Part shown: positions 27,701 to 35,856 of the stretch, one piece after another
How the letters are laid out: each line of letters opens with the position of its first letter
Numbering within the stretch: position 1 is the stretch's first letter
Program-made: the position numbers and the translations under genes
Virus record (IMG/VR): IMGVR_UViG_3300048574_000383
Location: 1 to 37,654 of that record
From: a virus
Lineage: Duplodnaviria; Caudoviricetes
Strand: one strand, 5' to 3'
Length of the DNA: 37,654 bases
Notes under the pieces: model-generated
Told to the model about the DNA's origin: nothing
What the model saw: only the letters and a program-made list of their open reading frames with translations
Databases searched by the model: none

Positions 27701-28563
27701 TCCGTCGCAGCCTCACCAAGGGTTCGCTGAGCGGTCTGTCGCTGCAGCAGCAGGCGGCGGCGGCCAAGGCGCTCTACGACCGGACCGTGGCTGGGGTGCG
27801 GTCGGGCGACAAGGCCTCGCTGGAGGCGTTCCCCAGCGTCGCCCAGGCCTGGCTGGAGGCGTTCCGCGCCGTGGCGCCGGACTCCGACGCCTACGCCCGC
27901 GTGCTCGGCGACGTGAAGGCCAACACAGCGGCGGCCGAGGCCTATGCGGCGATGCAGGTTTCCTCGGCGGAGGCTCAGCTCGCGGCGCTTGAGACCATGG
28001 TCGAGAAGCTGATCGACATCGACGTGTCGATCCAGGAAGGCACGGCGGCCGTGGTGGCGGCGATCTCGCGCCTGGGCACGGCGCTGACCGCCCAGGCCGC
28101 CGCGAACGACAACGGCGCGTCGGCGAAGCTGCCGGACTGGTTCGACTGGCGCATTTACGACGCCAACAACCCGGACATCCTGGCGGCCCGCCGGGCCGGC
28201 ACGGCGCTGACGGAGTTCGGGTCGGACCAGGAGGCGCTGGAGCAACACTACCTGCGCCTCGGCATCGGCGAGATCGCGTCGGGCGCGCGCAAGTACGCCA
28301 ACGGCGGCGGGTTCCGGGTGGGCGGCTTCGGCGCCACGGACAGCCAGCTGGTGGCCTTCCGCGCCTCGCCCCAGGAGTTCGTCGACATCTACCATGGTTC
28401 GGCGATCGCCCGGATCGACGCGAACCTGAACAGCCTGGGCGCCCTGTCGACCAACCGGGCGATCGAGACGCGCCTTTCGCAGATGGAGGGGTCGATGCGG
28501 GCGATGGAGCGGATCTATCGACGCTGGGACGGCGACGGCCAGCCGCCCGAGCGCGTCGTCTAG
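24739..28563 (+). CDS. Tape measure protein
   Basis: 1274 aa and Ala-rich. Tape-measure N-terminal domain (QLGQAFASGALRGDELNSVLE), C-terminal YANGG. Confidence 0.95.
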   Translation: MAGNATIGALRVALGLDSAQFETGVKRARGSLNEVSKGARSAAAGADELSGALSGLQRGIAALGLAALAREAVQTADAWTNMRSQLRLVSDSTDQAAGAMKSLMGIAQDARTGIGATVDLYSRLARSTDALGASQADVLQVTETISKALTISGTSADQAGGALMQLGQAFASGALRGDELNSVLEGMPRVAQAIAEGMGVTIGQLRAIGAEGKLTADQIFQALLKQSDVIEGEFGQMTTTVGQAVTQLSNTVTEFIGELNEGSAATTALTDVIDELGVQIAAVGDAMGEASEAYRLVIGDSQQLEGATVSLADVVGTASEAVIVLAANVGYVFQQVGAQIGYTYERARAFLELDFSKFDQLGADKRQSDQAARAGIDAFSRSILEGDRSVSNLRPAQLKAQRERLSETRDALSRRKATRQLTDDESAQLAKVKSELRAIDRALAKVRAESGASMGALARGAATARDSSKSAKDAARERAKAERDAERALAALQSQAERTIQSLETESETYLRETQENMLVLREALDAGVISASEYADAIERIWQASVQASDAPLPGDGETFDRAFEEASQAWDETLAANEEATRESLERMGRSFRGFFQEWVGTGKANWQRLLLDMIDDWESTMAALKSLGGKLGDALGSIAGAFGKAAGSFGTTIGQVIGTGLGLGSGNVALDLGLSIGGSALGSLAGSALGSAAASAAGSAALTGASTALATSLGWLSAAAGPIGAIVGLALGSLLKSKPSNQGALATFSGDGYTISGNKRSSETEGAAKAAADAVLQGQALLEAAGIKLLATVTSIDIGVRDRTDILLSDGRALTAAVGDAADAAETALLALLDGAGYVSDAQKSLVESLKAAGKGFDEIAAALNGFAAAQQLGAQFQAAILQMTDPQAFARSQLEVQQSERRSQLQAAADAGYLTAEQLAELNAQLSRLEALELDQVMGRAADDLAGAVDQATNDLRSAYDAQVAAIQAQLDDWKAIGASLESFRRSLTKGSLSGLSLQQQAAAAKALYDRTVAGVRSGDKASLEAFPSVAQAWLEAFRAVAPDSDAYARVLGDVKANTAAAEAYAAMQVSSAEAQLAALETMVEKLIDIDVSIQEGTAAVVAAISRLGTALTAQAAANDNGASAKLPDWFDWRIYDANNPDILAARRAGTALTEFGSDQEALEQHYLRLGIGEIASGARKYANGGGFRVGGFGATDSQLVAFRASPQEFVDIYHGSAIARIDANLNSLGALSTNRAIETRLSQMEGSMRAMERIYRRWDGDGQPPERVV

Positions 28564-28573
28564 GCCGGTTGGC

Positions 28574-29470
28574 ATGTATTTCGGAAAGCCGGTCGCCGTC
28601 ACCTCGGCGATCCTGACGTCCAGCAACGTCGCCGAGACGGTGGCGGCCTGGAACTCGGGAACCATCTACGCCTCCGCCGCGCAGGTGCGGCGCGAGATCG
28701 GCGGGATCGAGCGGGTCTGTACGTCGGCGCAGAACACCAACCAGAACCATGATCCGGCGACTGACGACGGGACCTGGTGGACGATCGGCGCGCCGACCAA
28801 CCGCTACAAGATGTTCGACGGCTCGCGCGGCAGCCAGACGGAGAACGCCGACTCGATCGTGGTGAGCCTCGCGCTGCCCGGCCTGGCCAACGCGGTGGCC
28901 ATTCAGAACGTCGACGCAGACGAGATCCGCATCGTGCAGACCGACCCCATTGAGGGCGACGTCTATGACGAGACCTTCACCATGGTCTCGAATTCCGGGA
29001 TCACGGACCCCTGGGCGTTCAGCTTCACGCCGATCACGCGCATCGCCGATCTCACCATGATCGAGCTGAAGCCCTATGCGGACTCCACACTGACAGTGAC
29101 CCTCTCCAACCCGGGGTCGACCGTTCGCTGCGGCGAGCTGGCGCCGGCCTGGCTGCGCGACTACGGCGGCACGCGCTGGGGAGGGTCGGTCGCGATCCAG
29201 GACTATTCGGTCAAGGAGGCGGACGGCCTCGGCGGCTTCGAAGTGGTCGAGCGCGCGTATGCGCGGCGCATGAACCTGCAGGTGATCGTGCCGACCGCGC
29301 TTGTGGACACCGTCGTCGACGACCTCGCCCGGCTGCGGGCGACGCGCATGCTTTTCGTCGGCGACCAGGACTTCGGCGCCACGGCACTGATCGGCTTCGT
29401 GAAGGACTGGTCGGTCGAGCTGGGGCTTGTCGCCTCCATCCTCAACATCGAAATCGAGAGCCTGGCCTGA
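28574..29470 (+). CDS. Distal tail / tail tip protein with a short carbohydrate-binding-like insert
   Basis: First gene after the tape measure. AWNSGTIY...DPATDDGTWW aromatic module. Confidence 0.65.
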   Translation: MYFGKPVAVTSAILTSSNVAETVAAWNSGTIYASAAQVRREIGGIERVCTSAQNTNQNHDPATDDGTWWTIGAPTNRYKMFDGSRGSQTENADSIVVSLALPGLANAVAIQNVDADEIRIVQTDPIEGDVYDETFTMVSNSGITDPWAFSFTPITRIADLTMIELKPYADSTLTVTLSNPGSTVRCGELAPAWLRDYGGTRWGGSVAIQDYSVKEADGLGGFEVVERAYARRMNLQVIVPTALVDTVVDDLARLRATRMLFVGDQDFGATALIGFVKDWSVELGLVASILNIEIESLA

Positions 29471-30468
29471 TGACGACTATTCCGGCGATCTCGGCGTTTC
29501 CGGAGCCTGCGCCCAATCGCAGCCAGGATCCGGACGTCTACATCGCGGCGTTCAACGCCTGGCTTGCGGCGATGCAGGCTGCGCCCGCCGAGCTGAACGC
29601 GTTTCGAGAAGCGGCGAACACCCTGGGCGCCGAGATCGTGGCCGCCGCCGCCGCCGCAGTCCCGGCTGCGGACGCGGCAGTGAATTCGGTCGCCTACGTC
29701 GCCACAAGCACCTCCTCGGTCGCGATAGGCACCGGTTCGAAGACGTTCGTCGTTCAGTCTGGGAAGGGGTTTCAGACCGACTGGGTGGTCTACGCGATCG
29801 ACGCAACCAACCCGGCGAACTGGCTCGCCGCGGCGGTCACGTCCTATTCCGGCACCTCCTTGCAAGTCAACGTGCCGGCGGGCGGCGCACATGGTTCAGG
29901 CACGCCCAACAAATGGATCATCTACGCCGCAGCCCTGAGCGCCCGCGGCGGCCGCCAGTCGCTGTACATTCCGGCGGCGGCGCTGACATCGCGCCCGAGC
30001 AACGGCGCAGGGGCCGGCCTGTCGGAGCTGTCCACCAACAAGGTGGTGGTTCGGTCGCTCGACTTCGACGCCTCGACCATCGAGTACGCTCAGTTCTCCC
30101 TTCGCATGCCGAAGGCGTGGAACGAGGGGACGATCACGGCCGTGTTCCACTGGACCCACGCCTCGACCACCACGAATTTCAAGGTCTCCTGGGGCCTTCA
30201 GGCTGTCGCCCTTAGCAACGACGACGCCATGGACGCGGCATTTGGGACCGCCCAGTACGCCAACGACACGGGCGGCACCACGAACGATCTCTACATGAGC
30301 CCCGAGACGTCGGCGATCACCATCGCGGGTAGTCCGGCGGCCGAAGATCTGATCGCCTTCCAGGTGCTGCGCAAGGCCGACGACGCCACGAACGATACCC
30401 TCGCGGTCGACGCCCGCCTGATCGGCCTCACCATCTACCTCACCACTGACGCGGAGACTGACGACTGA
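29470..30468 (+). CDS. Tail tip/fibre protein
   Basis: Helical N-terminus, TSTSSVAIGTGSKTF segment and beta-rich C-terminus. TGATG coupling. Confidence 0.65.
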   Translation: MTTIPAISAFPEPAPNRSQDPDVYIAAFNAWLAAMQAAPAELNAFREAANTLGAEIVAAAAAAVPAADAAVNSVAYVATSTSSVAIGTGSKTFVVQSGKGFQTDWVVYAIDATNPANWLAAAVTSYSGTSLQVNVPAGGAHGSGTPNKWIIYAAALSARGGRQSLYIPAAALTSRPSNGAGAGLSELSTNKVVVRSLDFDASTIEYAQFSLRMPKAWNEGTITAVFHWTHASTTTNFKVSWGLQAVALSNDDAMDAAFGTAQYANDTGGTTNDLYMSPETSAITIAGSPAAEDLIAFQVLRKADDATNDTLAVDARLIGLTIYLTTDAETDD

Positions 30469-31076
30469 TGCCAGCCGAATATGCGCGCGTGAGTCCTGAG
30501 GGCGAGGTGCTGGAGCGGGCGGTGCTCGCCGAGACGCCGCCGACCACCCTCGCGGCGAACAAGCCGCGCTGGCTCCCCGTCGTCGTCGAGGGCGCGGATT
30601 TCGACCCTGTGTCCCAGGTTCGCGAGGGACCTGTCACCACAGTCGAGGCCGACCATGTCCTGGTCGCTTATTCGGTGAGAGCGAAGTCCGAAGCCGAGGT
30701 CGCGACCATGATCGCGGCGAAGGTCGAGGCGCTGGAGCTGGAGTATCGTCGACGCAACGCCTTGCCATTCGAAGCCGAGGTCGACGGCGTTGTGCGCACC
30801 TGGCACGGCGATCCGGAGGGCATGAGCAATGTCGAGGGCATCAATATTCTGATCGCTCGGGATCCGCTGCTCGTGCCGAACCCTCGGCCGTGGAAGCCGT
30901 ACGAAGCCGAGATCGTGAACGTCAGCCACGATGGTTTCGCGGCGATCGGGCTGGCCTACGCCGCGCGGAAGGATCTCAACTTCGCCACGCTGCAGACGCT
31001 CAAGGCGACCGTGCGCGCCATGACAGACCCGGCGGTCGTCGCGGCGTTCGACCCGTTGGCCGGTTGGGACGCCTGA
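30468..31076 (+). CDS. Tail fibre assembly-like protein (DUF4376-like C-terminus)
   Basis: FDPVSQV segment, helical C-terminus ending DPLAGW. Coupled to the upstream gene. Confidence 0.6.
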   Translation: MPAEYARVSPEGEVLERAVLAETPPTTLAANKPRWLPVVVEGADFDPVSQVREGPVTTVEADHVLVAYSVRAKSEAEVATMIAAKVEALELEYRRRNALPFEAEVDGVVRTWHGDPEGMSNVEGINILIARDPLLVPNPRPWKPYEAEIVNVSHDGFAAIGLAYAARKDLNFATLQTLKATVRAMTDPAVVAAFDPLAGWDA

Positions 31077-31077
31077 A

Positions 31078-31692
31078 GTGCTGATCCAGGCGCAGCTCGG
31101 CGCGATCCTGGCGGGCGTCGGCGACGCCAAGTTCGTCGGCGCGACGACGCGTTCAGGGCCTGGCGCGGTCACCTTCCCAGCCGGTGCGGTCGCCGGCGAT
31201 CTCGCCATGATCGTCGTGACGAACAACGGCGCCACGACGCAAAGCGGGTGGAGCGTCGACACGATCCAGAGCGGGAGCACATATCTCAACGTCCATACGA
31301 AGGTGCTCTCGGCCGGCGACCTGTCCTCGCCCCCGACGGTCGCGTCGGCGATCGACACGGTGCATGTCCTGGTCTGGAACGGGGTGTCCGCGGCGACGCT
31401 GAAAACGACCGGAACCAGCGGGGCGTCGGACTCCACCCTCGCGATCGACGGGTTCACCAAGTCCGGCCCGTGTCGGGCCATTGTGAACGTGGCGGCGGAT
31501 CGTGGGTCCAGCGCGGGCTCGCCGCCGGCGGCGTTCACGAGCCGCTCAAGTTCGGTCCCTGGTTCACTCTTCGCCTGCAACATCGCCGATCTGGTGCTGC
31601 TGCCCAACTACGTCGACGAGGCGGACTTCGTTTGGACCGGCTTTTCGGCGGTCACCTACTCGCAGATCGGCATGGCCTACGAGCTCACCTGA
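31078..31692 (+). CDS. Putative fibre tip / receptor-binding protein
   Basis: FVGATT...FPAGAVAGDLAMIVV...SGWS beta-rich pattern. Located in the tail module. Confidence 0.55.
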   Translation: MLIQAQLGAILAGVGDAKFVGATTRSGPGAVTFPAGAVAGDLAMIVVTNNGATTQSGWSVDTIQSGSTYLNVHTKVLSAGDLSSPPTVASAIDTVHVLVWNGVSAATLKTTGTSGASDSTLAIDGFTKSGPCRAIVNVAADRGSSAGSPPAAFTSRSSSVPGSLFACNIADLVLLPNYVDEADFVWTGFSAVTYSQIGMAYELT

Positions 31693-31744
31693 GCAAGGCC
31701 GGCCTGCGGTTCACGATCGACTCACCCTCCAAGCGAGGTCGCCG

Positions 31745-31963
31745 ATGACAAAGGGATCCTTCGTCGGCTGGGGCATGCGCCTGGCCGTGGCGATCGACCA
31801 GCTGGCCAACGTCCTGGCGCTCGGCGACCCAGACGAGACCATCTCCAGCCGAGCCGAAAAGGCCCGGCGCAAGGGCAAGCGCTGGGGCTGCGTGCTCTGC
31901 GCTCTGCTGGACCGCCTCGACCCCGGCCACTGCGCCCGCGCGGTCGAGCTGGACGAGGGCTGA
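31745..31963 (+). CDS. Small phage protein (DQxxN..DETISSR..C..HC)
   Basis: GAGG RBS. The motif is familiar from small genes adjacent to fibre genes. Confidence 0.7.
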   Translation: MTKGSFVGWGMRLAVAIDQLANVLALGDPDETISSRAEKARRKGKRWGCVLCALLDRLDPGHCARAVELDEG

Positions 31964-31971
31964 CGCTTCCT

Positions 31972-31986
31972 GCGAGCGCCGCTCGC
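31972..31986. promoter_or_regulatory. Late-region palindrome, copy 3
   Basis: GCGAGCG-C-CGCTCGC (17 bp with flanking T/A) upstream of the 32015 gene. Confidence 0.65.
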
Positions 31987-32014
31987 ATTCCCTCACACCT
32001 GAAAGGATCCTCTC

Positions 32015-32401
32015 ATGTCGGCGAAGTCGAACTGGGCTGAAAGCGCCGTGCTGGACTGGCTGCTGGGCGGCGCGTCGCCCACGCGGCCGACCGCGCGCTA
32101 TCTCGCCCTACATACGGCCGACCCCGGCGAGACCGGCGCGACGGGCGAAGTGTCGGGCAACGGCTACGCCCGCCAGGCCGTCACCTTCGGCGCGGCGTCG
32201 AGCGGGGCCGTGTCGAACACGTCGGCGCACAATTTCACCGCTGCCGGCGGGTCCTGGGGCACGGTCACACACTTCTCCATCTGGGACGCGTCGACGTCGG
32301 GCAACTGCATCTACTACGGGACGCTCGCTGCCTCGCGGACGATCGGCGACGGCGAAACCGGCACCGTCGCAGCCGGCGACATCGACATCACCGAAGCCTG
32401 A
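32015..32401 (+). CDS. Small fibre subunit protein
   Basis: YLALHTADPGETG..EVSGNGYARQAVTF..WGTVTHFSIWDASTSGN, a recognisable phage fibre-associated motif. Confidence 0.75.
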   Translation: MSAKSNWAESAVLDWLLGGASPTRPTARYLALHTADPGETGATGEVSGNGYARQAVTFGAASSGAVSNTSAHNFTAAGGSWGTVTHFSIWDASTSGNCIYYGTLAASRTIGDGETGTVAAGDIDITEA

Positions 32402-32418
32402 TCGGGCGGGGCTGAACC

Positions 32419-34050
32419 ATGGCGCTTCGCTTCGACGCCAGCGGCGAGCGTCTGACCCGCACGGCGAACCTGCCAGCAATCACCGGCTTCACCGTCTGCG
32501 GCGTCTCCATGATCAACGCCGATCGTGGGGCAGACGACCTGCAACCCATCGCGTCATTCGGTCCGGAAGCGATGGTCTACCTGTCGTGGAACGACATCTA
32601 CGACCCCGGTGCGGGTGAGATGACGCTCGGGAGCTACAACGGCTCCAGTGAGAACAAGGTCGTCTTCGCGACCCGCCCCGCCGCTGGCGTGCGGTTCTTC
32701 TGGTACATCCGCTGTTCGGGCTCCGGCGCCGGCCTCCTACAGGCAGGGTGGATGCCCTTCGGCGATACCGAGTTCGCCGAGCAGGCCGCGACGACACTCA
32801 CCAGCGGCTCAGTTTCGGCGCTCTATCTGAACCGCGACAGCTACGGCGACTGGTCCAATCAGGACATGAACGCCGTCAAGGTCTGGAACACGGCGCTCTC
32901 CGACGCCGAGCTGCTGGCCGAGGCTGCCTCGGAACGGGCGGTGAGGACGTCGGGCCTCCTGATCGACAGCCCGATGACCGGGGCTAACGTCACAGCGGCG
33001 GCGGCCGACCTCTCGGGCAACGGGTACAACTGGACGGTCAACGGCACGCTCGCCGTCGTCGCGGGGCCGAGCTACGCGGTCAGTCACGTGCTGGCCGGCG
33101 CGGCCGCAGGGGCGGGCGCGGCGTCAGCCGCCCTGGGCGCACGAAGGCCTTTCGGGGCGGGGATCGGCGGCGCCGGCGCGGCGACTGGCGCGCTTGGCGT
33201 TCGCCGGCCAATCTCTGGCACGGCCGCAGGCGCGGCCTCGGCCAGCGCGGCGCTCGGGCTCGCCAAGGCGCTCGCCGGCGTTGCAGCGGGCGTGAGCACG
33301 GCCGACGCCCTGCTGGGCGTACGGCGTCCGATCGTCGGCGCGGCCGAAGGGCAGGGAAGCGCCAGCGGGGCGTTCGCGGCGCGGCGGCCGCTGGCGGGGT
33401 CCGCCGCCGGCACGGCGACGGCCACAGGCTCGGCAGGCGCGCGGCGACCCGTACAGGGCGCGACGGCCGGCGCCGGCGCGGCGATCCTGGCGCTCGCGGG
33501 CGTTCGTCCGCTGGCGGGCTCGGTCGCGGGGCAGGGGACCGCGACAGGCGCGCTCGGCGTCCGTCGGCCGCTCTCGGGCTCAGCCGCCGGCGAGGGCAGC
33601 GCCAGCGCCTCTCTGGCCCTGCAGGGCGGCCTGCAGGGCTCCGCCGCTGGCGTGGCCTCGGCTAGCGGCTCCATGGGCGTGCTGCGGCCGCTCTCGGCCG
33701 CAGCGGCCGGCTCCAGCACGGCGACGGCCTCGGCGGGCCGGTCGACGGGCCTGTCGGGCCTCGCACAGGGCGCCGGCGCGGCGATCCTGGCCCTCGCCGG
33801 CGTCCGCCCGCTGGGCGGCTCGGCGGCGGGCGCCAGCAGCGCGGCAATGGCCCTCGGAAGGCGCGCGCCGCTCGCAGGGGCGGTGGCCGGCGAGGCGAGC
33901 GCCAGCCTGGTGCTCGCCCTGGCCTCCAGCGTTGTGCTCGCGCCGCCCGAGCGGACCGCCGTCACGCCCAGGGAAAATCGCACGATCGCAACGGCCGCTG
34001 AGACGCGCCTGGTCGCATCGCCACGCGAAAACCGCATCTACGCCGACTGA
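32419..34050 (+). CDS. LamG/ConA-like domain plus 14 x 20-aa repeat fibre scaffold
   Basis: VKVWNTALSDAEL and DLSGNGYNWT are LamG-like hallmarks. An Ala/Gly repeat region follows. Confidence 0.8.
   Translation: MALRFDASGERLTRTANLPAITGFTVCGVSMINADRGADDLQPIASFGPEAMVYLSWNDIYDPGAGEMTLGSYNGSSENKVVFATRPAAGVRFFWYIRCSGSGAGLLQAGWMPFGDTEFAEQAATTLTSGSVSALYLNRDSYGDWSNQDMNAVKVWNTALSDAELLAEAASERAVRTSGLLIDSPMTGANVTAAAADLSGNGYNWTVNGTLAVVAGPSYAVSHVLAGAAAGAGAASAALGARRPFGAGIGGAGAATGALGVRRPISGTAAGAASASAALGLAKALAGVAAGVSTADALLGVRRPIVGAAEGQGSASGAFAARRPLAGSAAGTATATGSAGARRPVQGATAGAGAAILALAGVRPLAGSVAGQGTATGALGVRRPLSGSAAGEGSASASLALQGGLQGSAAGVASASGSMGVLRPLSAAAAGSSTATASAGRSTGLSGLAQGAGAAILALAGVRPLGGSAAGASSAAMALGRRAPLAGAVAGEASASLVLALASSVVLAPPERTAVTPRENRTIATAAETRLVASPRENRIYAD
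33091..33930 (+). repeat. 14 tandem 60-bp (20-aa) coding repeats
   Basis: Units such as LAGSAAGTATATGSAGARRP and LAGSVAGQGTATGALGVRRP, with no indels. Confidence 0.92.
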
Positions 34051-34075
34051 GGCGCTTACCAACGCGCGAGGACCG

Positions 34076-34387
34076 ATGAGCGAAGGCTTCCTGCCCGGCG
34101 GCGGCGTGCCGTGGATCCTGAAAGACCCCAGCGCCAAGCTCGCCTACGCGCGCGACTGGTCGCCCTGGCTGGAGAGCGGCGACTCGGTCGCTTCCGCGGC
34201 TTGGTCGGTGTCGCCGGAGGGCGAGCTGGCGATCAACGCCGACAAGTCCGCCATTGTCGGCGCGGTCGCCCATGTCTTCCTCGAGGGCGGCGTGGACGGG
34301 CGCGACTACACGCTGACCTGCCATGTCGTGACGACGAACGGTCTGGAAGACGACCGCTCGTTCGTCGTGCGCGTGCGCGAGCGCTGA
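34076..34387 (+). CDS. Putative fibre-to-virion adaptor
   Basis: KDPSAKLAYARDWSPWL...LEGGVDGRDYTLTCHVVTTNGLEDDRSF motif. Confidence 0.7.
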   Translation: MSEGFLPGGGVPWILKDPSAKLAYARDWSPWLESGDSVASAAWSVSPEGELAINADKSAIVGAVAHVFLEGGVDGRDYTLTCHVVTTNGLEDDRSFVVRVRER

Positions 34388-34470
34388 TGCACTGGACCCT
34401 GGGCCTTGGGCTGCTGGCGATCACGGCCGGGCTCTACGCGGCCGTTCTTCTTCTGCAGTACCAAGCTTGA
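34387..34470 (+). CDS. 27-aa TM peptide
   Basis: MHWTLGLGLLAITAGLYAAVLLLQYQA, TGATG-coupled to the upstream gene. Confidence 0.4.
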   Translation: MHWTLGLGLLAITAGLYAAVLLLQYQA

Positions 34471-34483
34471 GAGGCCATCTTCG

Positions 34484-34780
34484 ATGACCGAACCCGCGTC
34501 CGCGCACACGCCGCCCCGACAGCTTTGGCTGGACTTCAAGATCCCGATTTGGGGGCTGATCTGCGTTGGCGGCGCCTTGCTGGTGCAGACCGGCACGCTG
34601 CTGATCTGGGGCGCGCGGATGGATGAACGGGTCCGCGTGGTCGAGGCGAAGGTCCAGGCCGTGAGCCCGGCCGTCACACAGATCTCCGAGACCGTGGCGC
34701 GCATGGACGAGCGCACCAAGGCCATGGTGGTGAGCGTCGAGCGCATCGAGCGGCGGATCGACGCCGCCGAACAGCCCTAG
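34484..34780 (+). CDS. TM plus coiled-coil protein (holin/antiholin candidate)
   Basis: One TM segment followed by VARMDERTKAMVVSVERIERRID. Located in the lysis cassette. Confidence 0.65.
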   Translation: MTEPASAHTPPRQLWLDFKIPIWGLICVGGALLVQTGTLLIWGARMDERVRVVEAKVQAVSPAVTQISETVARMDERTKAMVVSVERIERRIDAAEQP

Positions 34781-34799
34781 GCGAGCGCAGGCCAGCGCC

Positions 34800-35147
34800 G
34801 TGCGGTCCCTATTCAACTGGCTGAAGGCGCTGCCCCTGGTGAGCTTCGCCCTTCTGCTGGGCGCCGGCTTCGTGGCGACAGCCTTCGCCGTCTGGTTCAC
34901 CTGGATCATTGCCTACGGCGGCTGGCCGGCCGAGGCCTCGATCGAGCGCATCAAGTGGCTGGGCATGGCCCTTCTGACCGCGCTCGGCCTGGTCGGCCTG
35001 GTGATGGTGACGCTCGCCTTCGGCCGCATCGAAAAGCTCAGCATCTCCGGCGGTATGGCCTCGGCCTCGATCGACTTCGAAGACGGCGCTCCATCCGCCG
35101 CGCGCTTCGAGGCCGTGGGCGAGCCGGAGCGGCCGCCGCAGGCCTGA
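34800..35147 (+). CDS. 2-TM membrane protein, holin candidate
   Basis: Two TM segments, immediately upstream of the endolysin. Confidence 0.6.
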   Translation: MRSLFNWLKALPLVSFALLLGAGFVATAFAVWFTWIIAYGGWPAEASIERIKWLGMALLTALGLVGLVMVTLAFGRIEKLSISGGMASASIDFEDGAPSAARFEAVGEPERPPQA

Positions 35148-35172
35148 CCCTCAGAACACCCCAGGAGGCCGC

Positions 35173-35847
35173 ATGGCCCTGATTACGGCGGCGCAGCTGC
35201 GCCTCTTCGCGCCGCGCTGCGACTACATGGCCCTGGCGCCCCACGCTGACCGGGCCTGCGCCGAGGCGGGCATCGATACGCCGCGCGAGCTGCGTCATTT
35301 CTTGGCGCAGATGCACCACGAGAGCGTGGGCTTCACGCGCTTCGAAGAGAGCCTGAACTGGCGCACGCCCGAGCGGCTGGACGCCTACTTCAAGTCGGTG
35401 CGGTCGACGGAGGACGCCAAGGCGCTGATCGCGCGAGGGCCGCAGGCGATCGCCAACCGCATCTACGCCGGCAAGGCGGGAAACGGTCCGGAGTCCTCTG
35501 GCGACGGCTGGCGATTCCGCGGGCGCTCGCCGATCCAGCTCACCGGCCGGGCCAACTACCAGCTCGCGTCCGGCTGGATCGGCGCGAACCTGCTGGTCAA
35601 CCCCGACCTCGCCGCCCTGCCGGCCTACGGCTTCCGCATCGCCGCCCAGTGGTGGCGCGCAAGGGGCCTCAACGCGATCGTCGCGGCCGACCCGGACGAA
35701 CAGGCCATCGCCAACATCGACGCCGCGATCCTGGCCAACGAGCTGGACGATGCGCGCCAGGCGCGCCGGATCATCAACGGCGGCCAGAACGGCATCGACG
35801 ACGTCATCCTCCAACTGCGCCGCGCGGCCACGATCTGGCGCGGCTAG
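35173..35847 (+). CDS. Glycoside hydrolase family 19 endolysin
   Basis: HFLAQMHHES, EESLN and GDGWRFRGRSPIQLTGRANY. Confidence 0.92.
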   Translation: MALITAAQLRLFAPRCDYMALAPHADRACAEAGIDTPRELRHFLAQMHHESVGFTRFEESLNWRTPERLDAYFKSVRSTEDAKALIARGPQAIANRIYAGKAGNGPESSGDGWRFRGRSPIQLTGRANYQLASGWIGANLLVNPDLAALPAYGFRIAAQWWRARGLNAIVAADPDEQAIANIDAAILANELDDARQARRIINGGQNGIDDVILQLRRAATIWRG

Positions 35848-35856
35848 GAGCCCTCC

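Noticed and set aside
24883-28665. 1260-aa ORF on the minus strand
   Set aside because: Shadow of the tape measure gene. High-GC codon bias removes antisense stops, and the product has no motifs.
28574-34387. Diversity-generating retroelement or invertible fibre cassette
   Set aside because: No reverse transcriptase, no TR/VR pair and no invertase were seen.
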